Shown piece after piece: positions 32,879 to 42,829 of a DNA stretch of 64,000 bases. Below the pieces are notes generated by a model that searched no databases, was not told the origin of the DNA, and was given only the letters and a program-made list of their open reading frames with translations. The translations under genes and the position numbers were made by a program. Numbering within the stretch: the stretch's first letter is position 1; every line of letters starts with the position of its first letter. Origin of the DNA: Schizochytrium sp. TIO01 (taxonomy: Eukaryota > Protista > Bigyra: Labyrinthulomycetes); assembly GCA_004764695.1 (NCBI GenBank), contig SMSO01000036.1, forward strand, positions 2,170,001 to 2,234,000, read 5' to 3'.

Positions 32879-33322
32879 CTACTGGTTGGGGTCGGCCTTG
32901 ACCTTAACCTCCTCGCCGCGGCTGCGAGCAAGAAGCCAGGAGCTAGACTGGACCTTGCCACCAAGGCCATCGACGAGCTCAATGCCGAGCTCTCTGCATA
33001 CAGATGCCTCAGGGATGGACTCGTTGGTCTGATCACCACCGTTGGTGAAGGCATCCGGGTGAAGCATGCGGAGGGTTTTGCACACAGTGCGGTCATCGTC
33101 AACAGCGATCACAGCGGCATCAACACAATCCAGGGCGCGCACAAGGCGAACACGTTCACGCTCGTGCATAAAGGACTGACCCTTCTTCATGGAGGCCTGC
33201 TTGTCACTGTTCACGATAACAACGAGCTTGTCACCCTGGTCCTTGGACTTCTGCAGGTACTCTACATGACCGTAGTGCATGGGGTCAAAGTACCCAGAGC
33301 AGACAACGACGCGCTGAGACAT
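32879..33322 (-). CDS. Stand-alone HxGH cytidylyltransferase-like protein (TagD/RibL/RfaE-II-like)
   Basis: SGYFDPMHYGH, LVVIVNSD...KKG, ERVRLVRALDCVD, FTNGGD, GLGGKVQSSSWLL; GC-rich codon bias. Confidence 0.88.
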   Translation of the reverse strand: MSQRVVVCSGYFDPMHYGHVEYLQKSKDQGDKLVVIVNSDKQASMKKGQSFMHERERVRLVRALDCVDAAVIAVDDDRTVCKTLRMLHPDAFTNGGDQTNESIPEASVCRELGIELVDGLGGKVQSSSWLLARSRGEEVKVKADPNQ

Positions 33323-36300
33323 CTTGCTAGGTGGGAAGAAGTCTAAAGGAAGGATTTACAGAAATGTACTAAGACGGTCTGTGAGATTCCACCAGAATCC
33401 ACCATTCATCAAAATATTTGCGACACGTGGCATAGAAACAAGGTCATACCAAAATCCATGTACTCCTCGATCAAGTCAGTCATTGATTCAACTTTCAAGT
33501 ATTAGAAATCGCACCCTATCCTTCTGGTACAATATTTGAAACCATGCACAAAGAAACACCGCCAGCTCGTTTTTGCTTGTCGCTTTTCGTGCCATTTGTG
33601 TTTCCAGCGCAAGAAGAATAGCCAAGACCAGGTTGGATAGATGTTCAAAGTCACCGGTCAATCGCCGACAGCTGTCCATGTACCTTCACAGCGCCACCTG
33701 ACCTTCGCGATCCTCACACCCACAAGAATCACCACTTGACGGTGGCAACTAGGCTACCCCGTGCCCAGTCCTCCCGGCATCTCCCAAACTTACGCGACTA
33801 GAGCACTGGAATCTCAGTTTGCTTGCTGGTTTGATCTGTCTGCTCCGCTTGCTTATCTGGCACTCTTCAAAAACTTACTTTTCATCCACGATAAACAATA
33901 ATCAATAAACAATAAACAGAAACAAATAAACAAAACAAACAAACAAACAAAGAATACCTACCTACCTACCAGTAACCATGAGACCTCGCTAGCTAGCTAG
34001 CTCGATCTTCTTCTTTTATTTTACTCTCTACTGAGAAGAAAGTATATGATATATATCAGCAGTATCTATGATCGCTCAGGTACTAAGACTGTATCTCTTT
34101 CCTTCAATTCCATTCTGCGGATTCTTGTAAACAAAGCTTGAGCTTGGAGCGCAGAACTTGGGTCGCAGTGGCCTTCTGCGAAGGGACCAGCACGTTGCTG
34201 AGCATGGCCATTGTGAGCGAAGCAGCTTCATCAGAGGTCTCCTTGCTTTTGGTTTGTGCATGGCTTCTTCGATTGGGAAACTTAGAGTCGAAGATTGTCA
34301 AGATCTGTCTCTTTAGTTCGTGACACATCGACTCCCGCACAGATTCGATGCAGCACCTTAAACTGCACCCCCCTTCTCTCCCCCTTACCCTCTGCTTACG
34401 CACCCTTCTGTACGACTCGAACCTCCTTAAACTACACTGAGTTCCAATATGACCCTTCTGGGAAAAGTCGGGGGTTTATCCTCACAAAAGCTAATATGTA
34501 ACGGCGAAGATATTGGGGGCATATATTGTAATTTAAAGGCAGTGTTAAGCAACACTTAGTGGCGTTAGTAGAAGGATAGTGCACAAGTCGACGGGAACTG
34601 GAACTCAAAACTTGTGAGTGTATATGTATACTACAGATACTATTTTACGGGGGGCTGCTGCGAAGATGATGCTTCCTTGCTCTTCTTCCCGAAGGCATTT
34701 TCGAATGGAGGTTATCGCATCGAAATCAAATGCGAACACAAAAACTTATCAGTTTCTATATCAGTTCATGTATAATATATCCCAAATTTACAAGTTAAGT
34801 TTAACCATACTTTCATAGCATAAACGCCTAGATTAACATTGAACCCATATTTTAACAAATCTTTAGTCGATGGAGTCAAAGGTCCATGCGGTGCAGCTAA
34901 ACAAGTACAATGAGGCTCGGCAACCTGGACACTACGAATCTTAAATGGCAATCATTCATGAAAACATTGATCAGAATGAAAATATGAACCAACAGGTTAA
35001 AACAGAATGAAAACAACAGCTGCCTCATCCTCTGATACTAAAACGTCAAAATTAAATGCTTTGAAATATGTTCTATAAGATGAATATGGGAACATTACTA
35101 TGCAAACAACTTTCTGATTGGTTGATTGCTATTTTGTGCGTTCTTTAAACTATTCTGTGAGCTGTTGTAAATTCATATTATTAACGGCTAAAATCGTATT
35201 TTTGTAATGGATTGTGTATGATGGATAAAATATGGTACATTTTGCTTTAACCCAGGCATCCGTGGAGATAGCTGACAAAAATTGTAAGCAGAGTATGTTT
35301 CGGCAAAAAATGTTCATGGGCTTGAATCTATGAATAAATCTATACAGTACGTTTGCAATCTTTCTACAAATTCTCTATTCATGTTTCAGATAACAACAAG
35401 TACTTCAAGCTCTCTTTTGAGAAACCACATGAAATGGCATCATAATACATTTGTTTGAACCGTCTTACCTCCTTTCTTTCCACGAAGTTTAGCTTTGCAC
35501 TATTTATCCATGTCAACATTGTCACATCAACAGATTCATGGTGAAGAAAAGTGGTAAACGAAAAATTAGGCGTGTAAGATCAAAGTTAAATTTGGCCAGA
35601 TAAAATAGTAAAAGATGCAATGACCAAAGTTGCACTTTCGAAACTACAAGAATGTTTTCCATTTTCGGAAAAGGTACGGAAACAAAGTTGACTAATGGGA
35701 ATTCACCGTAAGATAAAGTGGGGCGCGACTCGCATATACTCTCTGCGCCCCCTCCCCTCTACGATCTCTCATTTTGAGTTCAAGCCACGCCATATATTAA
35801 TTTTGTACAGCAGGATGCAACTTCGAGTTGCCAAATAAACCTCCTCATTTTGCTATAGAATATCTCTAAAAATGCAGTAGGTACTCATCCCTCTTCTACA
35901 CTTCTCAAAGGCTGTGCCTCCGAAATTACGTACATATTAATTGACCATGACTAGATGAAGGGATCGGCGCTATGGCAGTGGTCGTATTGTTTCTGTCATA
36001 TTGTAGAGAGGTTAAATCACGCGCCCCCACTAGCCAGAGTACCAACCTGCGCAGTGCTTCAACTTTAAATGGAAAGTATACTTGAGCAAACCTCAAGTAT
36101 AAGTAAAAACTCTGCATTCTCGCCTCAGGAGCCCTCCTCAGACTGTGGCACAATCAACCTTATTTTCCGAAGATATACTACCCAGCTTGGGGGGGCTTCA
36201 GGGAGTGTGCGCAACGCAAAAGCACACGAGTGGCCACGCGTCAATTTAGCAGCGTCGAATTTGTAAGTTGCTTTGTGCAGCTGGCTGCAGACTGTCAAAA

Positions 36301-37307
36301 GGGCCACGGTCTGTGCACCCACCAAGTCGCAGATTCGTGCTCATTTGGAGCACGCCTTGGGCCTTGTGAAAAGCTTGCTCGAAAGACGACCCTCCGCCTC
36401 AATGATGATGAACGATTTCGTCATCATCTTATTATTGCCGTTCTTCACTCACTCACTCACTCATGAAATCGATTTTATCGATTGATTAGCACACAACGCG
36501 AGATGGCAGTAGCACTTGTCTGTGCACGTGCTGCTGGTTTGTTTGTTTGTTTGTTTGTTTATGCACGATGACACTTATGGACGGTGGTTTTGACGCCAAT
36601 CGCAGCGAATCGATGATGGATCGATTGATGGTGGGGCTGCCGAGGAGTAGGAGGTGCCCCACCTTGCTTCGTTCGCTTCACGTGCAGGGGGTGCCGGCGA
36701 GTCGTGGCATCGTAGGGACGTGCATGCATTGGCGAGCACCATGAAAGCCGACGGGTGTCATCTGCACGACTTGCTTGGGCGTCTATCGCTCTTTCATCTA
36801 AGCAAGCAATTCGTTCATCCAGTGGCTGCGAACGAGCTGGGCCACTGCTTGGCGTTCTGGCCGTGAACAGGCAGGAGGCAATCGTGGCGAGATAACTTTG
36901 ATGACAGGGAGGGAAGAACCTGTTCGAGTGTCTGCTGTCGTCGCGCGGAACTTGGTGGGGGCGGGGAGGATGGATGAGATGTCCTGATGGGTGCTCTGTT
37001 TGACTATCGTAGACCTAAACGAACCTGCGCTAACGACCTGCAATTGCATCGAGCGGCACCCAGCAAGCCAAGCAAACGAGGCAGCAGGCGGATGCAGACG
37101 ATCACAGCCAAGTAATAGCTGCATACCTGGATGAAGTCATCTCCTTCGTGAGCTTAGTAGCCCACCTCAAGCATCGTCATCTTGTAGAGCAACTGTCTGT
37201 CAAAGGAGGTTTCAAATTACTTCTTCGATGGCCCAAAGTTGCGCAGGTCTGCCTCCAAAGTGAACGTGTTTATAGACGGGCAGAGAACCGAGCCAACATA
37301 AGACGAA

Positions 37308-37450
37308 CTCCATCGCAGAGGCACCTACCTCACCACGAAGACTTCGTCAACAGGCTGAAGAACTCCAATCCAAAATAAAACTAGCTCCGTCGAAGAGGCG
37401 CCTAACTCAAGAAGACCTCGTCAACAGGCTGAAGAACTCCAATCCGAAGA
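37308..37450 (+). repeat. Degenerate two-unit tandem duplication of about 75 bp
   Basis: 37337-37371 and 37411-37445 are 34/35 identical, and the preceding ~28 bp also align (ctccatcgcagaggcacctacctca vs ctccgtcgaagaggcgcctaactca). Confidence 0.85.
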
Positions 37451-39543
37451 GCTGGCTGCAACGACAGGACTCAGCCTCCTCGAAGCGGGCTCGCTCAAGA
37501 GCTTGAAGCTGAACAGGTCTCGCAATGCGGGTTCCCGCAAAAGTGCGTGAGGTGGCACGGCCTAAAAAGAGGCCTATTTATCCGCGGCGACTGCCTGGCA
37601 CGATGATGACAAATCTGTCAAAGCCAACTTGATGATGCTACTCGTAGCCGTGTATGTTCGGGCACATCCGGATGCCAGGGCGCACCAAGGGCGAGTCTAG
37701 GCAGTTAGTTTATGTTGTGATGGCGTGCTGGACTGGTACTGCTTTCATGAGCTTGTCTTGGGTTTACAAGATTCCTCCATTTTATGAAGAACTTGCAATT
37801 CAATCGTTTTTTTTTTTGTTGTTTTTTTTTTCGCTTTTTTGTTGGTTTTCTTCGTTTCAACTTGAAAATTTTACAAAGAAGAACAACAATAAATTGTTTG
37901 TTTTCTGTAAGTCTCGTCGATCGATTCCGCCTTGAGACCTGAGCCGAGGGCAGCTGCTACGCCAGGTGCAAGGTTGCCAAGGCCGAGAGGGACCAGGGAT
38001 CTCGAGAACTCGAGAAAGACACAGCCTCGGCGCTGGCTGCTCTGTGTCTCTGCTGGCACGACGAGGTGTGCGATCGATCAAGCTCACTGATCCATTCTTG
38101 CACTCCAGCAATCACTGAGCAAGAGATCACTCATTCTCAGCCTGACTGACTGACACAGGCGCTGCCCTCCGCTCTTGAAGACAACTTGAAGAGCTCCTGC
38201 AAGAAATCAGAGCAAGCAAGCTGTTGCGCTCGTTGCGCCGTGGAGGTCGCCACAGCTGTCACTCAGTCATCGCCAGCTTGTTGCCTCTCGAGGGGTGGCT
38301 TGCATGCCTGCCTGCCCAGGTACCACCTACCTACCTACCTCCCTCCCTCCCTGGCTGCAGGAGTGCTTCAACTTGAAGTTGCTCTGGCGTTAGGTCAGCC
38401 TCCGTCTTGGCTTGAAGGCCTCCGACTCGTGGCAGAAAGTTGGCGGCATTAATCTCTCTCGCGCGCTCAGTGCAGGACGAGAAGCACTACGAGGAGGTAC
38501 TCCTTTGACCTCGCCTTTGACCCCTTCAAGTCCTAGCTAGTTCTGACTTCCTGGCCCTGCAGGAAGTAGCGAAGGCCAAGTTGGAATAAACGAGCTCTGT
38601 GGTGTGACGACTTTGAAGAAGACTCTCAATTGCTTGCATTGCTTGCATTGCAAGAGGCGCTCTTGAAGAAGTTCTCGCCCACGGTCACGCTCAGGTTGAG
38701 TGTGGATTCTCCAGAGCTAGAGACAAGGACAACCAAGCCCGAGTCCGGAGGCAGGTTGCGTGCAGATTGGCAGCTAGCTCGATTGAAGAGTTGATGGTGG
38801 CTGAGTCGAGGTGAAGAACTTGCTTGCTTGCTTGCTTGCTGGGTGCAGGCGTGGAGACCCACCTGCTCACTGCTGAGCGACTTGGAGGCAGGAGTGATTC
38901 CGAAAAGGTGCGTGAAGGGCCGACTTGGAGGGAGGAGGAGGGCTGGAAGGAGGTCTAGTCCCGGTCGTGCCACTGCCGCTCTACACTGGTAGTGACACTG
39001 GCAGGTGAGAGGAACTTGAAGGCGCGAGACTCAATCGATGCCTCTGGCAGGCAGCTAGCTCATAACTCTACTCTGGAGCTAGGTGCATAGGGAGGGAGGT
39101 ACCTGTCGTGCCAGGACTCAGAGGCTCCCTAAATAGGCTGGGCAGCTAGCTAGCTCCTGTGAGGCTGCTGGCACGACGCAAACTTCGGAGAAGGTAGTTC
39201 GCTGTACTTTGGTTTGACTGACCCTGATTCACGGTGGCGGCTGCAAGTTTTGCAAGCCAGCCTAGGAAAACAAACCGTCAACACAAAGAAGGCAACGACT
39301 TCTGAAAAGCCTACTTACTTGCATTACGTGGGCATAAGCACTTACACCTACCTACCTACCTACCTACGACTGCTAGTAGCTAGCTAGCTGTATACAACTT
39401 GACGTTCCCAGTGGGAGCAGCAGACCCCTAAAACCCTGGGGCAGTACTGATAAAGAACTGTACAGGCGAAAGTGAGGAGAAACCACTAGTAGCCTAGCAG
39501 CAATTTTGCGCTTCAGAGCAAACACGCACATACACAAGTCATT

Positions 39544-42303
39544 ATGAAGCGCGCAGGCTGCCTAAACTGTCTTGCAGCACTAGTGGCACTTGCAGGGGCT
39601 TTCCTGGACCATGTCTTTGTTCTTCATGTATGGGCAGGAATGACTGTGTATCCATATGAGGCACTCCAAATGTTCCAAGTTAGAGCTGTCTTGGCAGTCA
39701 CAGGCCTCTTTGTATGCTCAGTGCTTGCATCAGGACTATGCTTTGCAGGGTTAAATCGAATTGGCTTATTCTTTTCTATTCTCGGTACATTATGCGGTGG
39801 CATTGCTTCAATTGTAGTTGACCCTGATCTCGTATTGTCGATTGAGGCTGTTTACCTTGCGACTGCATGTATGGCTTTAGCTACAGTGGTTCTCCACGCG
39901 TATCCTCGGGTTTCCAATGTAAAGATCCACGCAAGAGAATCCTTGTTTTCTTCTTCAACGACAGCAGAAGAATGGTGTTCTTTCTTCTCCCTTCCTTCCG
40001 ATGATGAAACCCAGCGGGTTCTCCCGTGTGCTGTTTCTGTCATAATCCTCGCATTCATATTTCAAACATCTGTGTCCAGCGCCCAGTGCTTTGCCCAACC
40101 CCAGAGTCATAGTGAAATCCAGTTCCTAGTCCCCTCTCAAAGTGTCCACCTCCAACATGGGTATCACCTTGACTTTAATATATCTACAGGTACGCTTAAC
40201 TTGTTCACGAGCAATCAATCTCTCGTATTCTCAAGCACGCCTGGAGAATCATTTTTAATTGGTGCTCTTGAAGGGTCCTTCGACGCGCCAAACGGGGAGG
40301 AAATGGGCATATACGATTTCAAGGATAAGGCTGCTTCATTTAGTTCACTACAAACTGTTGAGACGGTCTTTGCCTCGCCTGATGCCAAATCGGTGAGCGT
40401 TCGAGGATTTCTGGAATTTGGAGCAACATCAGTACACCGTCGCATTCCTTATGTCTTTGATCTTGCTGTGACCTCACCAGATCTTGTCACGTTTCATGCA
40501 CGATCTGTCTCTCACAAGACTCTCAAACGCATATACCTCCGACATTCGTCTTCATCTAAGGAGGGTTTCTACGGCTTTGGCCTTCAATACTCTTATTCTA
40601 ATATGAAAGGTGGATGTGTGCCTATTTTCACCCAGGAGCAAGGCATTGGTCGTGGATTACAACCTATTTCCTTTCTAGTAAATTTCTTTGTTAAACATGC
40701 CCCTGGGAGCTGGCAGACTTCGTATGCACCAGCCGCATATTACATGACTAGCGACTCGCGCGCCATGTATCTAACAAACGAAGACTTTGCTCTTTTTGAC
40801 CTCACACGGCCCAATGCAGTCACTATTGAAGTGAATGCATCCTCCATTCATGGTGCATTTGTTGTCCGTGATACCCCTCTCGGTATTATCGAGACCTACA
40901 CAAGAGAACACGCTGGCCGCATGCGTAAGCTACCTTCCTGGGTAGGAAATGGCGCTGTCCTGGGACTTCAAGGGGGAACTGCTGCGGTTCAGGCGCATGT
41001 AAGTAAGCTCAAAAATGCAGGCGTTCCGATCGCTGCTTTGTGGCTACAAGATTGGACTGGGAAGCGGGAGACCGGCTTTGGCCGACGCTTACAGTGGAAC
41101 TGGGAAGTTTCCGAGTCTCACTACCCTGGCTGGTACGAATATATCCGAAAGCTCGCCAGGGAAAACATCTATGTGATGTCTTACATCAACCCATACCTTG
41201 CAAACACTGGCGGCGGTTCTAATGAGAGCACATCACTTTTTCAGGAAGCTATGCATCACGATTGCCTTGTTAAAGAGTCCGACGGCATCACTGTACAGAT
41301 CCAAGCAAGTGCTACGCCTGACTTTACATTTGGTACTGTTGACTTGACTAACCCTAGTTGTCAAGATTGGTACATTCACGAGGTTATTCAGGAGCGAATG
41401 CTTGGCAATACGCGGGATAAAGACCACGTGAACGGCGTGATTGGATTCATGGCTGATTTTGCAGAATCAATCTCTATGGGCGCCAAGCTTGATGCTGGTG
41501 AAGGAAGTGAGCTACACAACCGCTTTCCTGTACTTTGGGCCGAAACCTGCCGAAAAGCTATAAGCAGTAGTGCTTTCCTGGAGGAAAACGCAGTGTTTTT
41601 TACGCGTGCTGGAGGGGCAAAGACTCCCGGGCAGAGTACCCTCATGTGGATGGGTGATCAAATGACCACCTACGATCATCATGATGGTTTGAGGAGTGCG
41701 CTTGCTGGTATGCTTTCTGCGGGTATGTCTGGTTTCAGTCTTGCTCACAGCGACATTGGGGGATACACGATGTTTGATCGCTTTGGTATCATTCGCGTAT
41801 TGCGTTCTCCTGAGCTCTTCATGCGCTGGGCTGAAATGAACGTTTTCTCTGACGCTATGTTTCGGACCCACGAAGGAGTCCTTCCTGATCTTTCCACGCA
41901 AGCTGTGAATGACAAGGTTATTGACCATTTTGCAAAGTTTGCACGTTTGCACACCAAGCTTTTCACTTTGGTTAAAGAACCTCTTATGAAAGTTGCGCAG
42001 GCAAGCGGCGCTCCTCTCGCTCGCCACATGTTCCTTGAATTTCCGAATGACACCAAGGCGCGTTTAGCAAAAGACCAGTTCTTGCTTGGATCTGATCTTC
42101 TCATTTGTCCCATTGTTATGCCAGGCAAAACCGAACGACTTTGCTACATCCCAGAAGGCAACTGGACACACACCTTCACTCATGAAAAAGCTCTGCCCCA
42201 ATCAGAATTCCGCTGCTCCGCTCCGCTCGGACAGCCTTGTGTTTTTTACCGGCCTCAAGCAGCAAAGATTGCCAGGGTTATTCGTGACGTTCTGCTTGCG
42301 TAA
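39544..42303 (+). CDS. GH31 glycoside hydrolase, sulfoquinovosidase (YihQ-like), with N-terminal multi-pass membrane region
   Basis: EQGIGRG, LGLQGG, ALWLQDWTGKRETGFGRRLQWNW, GFMADFAE (nucleophile), WMGDQ (acid/base), HSDIGGY, FRTHEG. About 5 hydrophobic segments in the first ~180 aa. Confidence 0.88.
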   Translation: MKRAGCLNCLAALVALAGAFLDHVFVLHVWAGMTVYPYEALQMFQVRAVLAVTGLFVCSVLASGLCFAGLNRIGLFFSILGTLCGGIASIVVDPDLVLSIEAVYLATACMALATVVLHAYPRVSNVKIHARESLFSSSTTAEEWCSFFSLPSDDETQRVLPCAVSVIILAFIFQTSVSSAQCFAQPQSHSEIQFLVPSQSVHLQHGYHLDFNISTGTLNLFTSNQSLVFSSTPGESFLIGALEGSFDAPNGEEMGIYDFKDKAASFSSLQTVETVFASPDAKSVSVRGFLEFGATSVHRRIPYVFDLAVTSPDLVTFHARSVSHKTLKRIYLRHSSSSKEGFYGFGLQYSYSNMKGGCVPIFTQEQGIGRGLQPISFLVNFFVKHAPGSWQTSYAPAAYYMTSDSRAMYLTNEDFALFDLTRPNAVTIEVNASSIHGAFVVRDTPLGIIETYTREHAGRMRKLPSWVGNGAVLGLQGGTAAVQAHVSKLKNAGVPIAALWLQDWTGKRETGFGRRLQWNWEVSESHYPGWYEYIRKLARENIYVMSYINPYLANTGGGSNESTSLFQEAMHHDCLVKESDGITVQIQASATPDFTFGTVDLTNPSCQDWYIHEVIQERMLGNTRDKDHVNGVIGFMADFAESISMGAKLDAGEGSELHNRFPVLWAETCRKAISSSAFLEENAVFFTRAGGAKTPGQSTLMWMGDQMTTYDHHDGLRSALAGMLSAGMSGFSLAHSDIGGYTMFDRFGIIRVLRSPELFMRWAEMNVFSDAMFRTHEGVLPDLSTQAVNDKVIDHFAKFARLHTKLFTLVKEPLMKVAQASGAPLARHMFLEFPNDTKARLAKDQFLLGSDLLICPIVMPGKTERLCYIPEGNWTHTFTHEKALPQSEFRCSAPLGQPCVFYRPQAAKIARVIRDVLLA

Positions 42304-42829
42304 TAACCACCTGGCTTGAAATGCAGCAAATCAAAAATGATTGTAAAATCCTATGACTCGACCAATGACATCGCTGTGAGCTTTGTCTCCTTTGAAACTT
42401 ATTACACCTTTCTGAAAACCTGATACCTACTCTAACACCGTTAGTCTGAACATATCATCCATTACTCATGCCTTATCTGATTTTCTTTTATTTTATTCTT
42501 CTAAGTATACATCATTTTTTCTTTCTTTCATTTTTTTTTTCGTTTTTCGTTTCCTCGTGTCTCTTTTTTTCTTTTCTTGAAGAAAACTTTATTCCACGCT
42601 GTGCTTTCTACCATAAGCATGCTAGAAATAGACACTTTTAAGTTCGAAAAAAATCAATCAAAATGTCTCTTAGGTTTTTCTGAGAACGCTAAATACTACC
42701 TAGGTATAACTTTTGACCGATGCTTGAGACACTAGGTCAATACGAACTGCAACATATAAAATTGGAAACAAAATCTTCCTTCAAATTATATTAGGAATGA
42801 TAAGATGAGAAGGCAAAAGCATTACGTCT

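Noticed and set aside
37337-37445. 35-bp direct repeats separated by 39 bp, superficially CRISPR-like
   Set aside because: Only two copies, the apparent spacer is itself homologous to the sequence before copy 1 (a simple tandem duplication), no cas genes, eukaryotic context.
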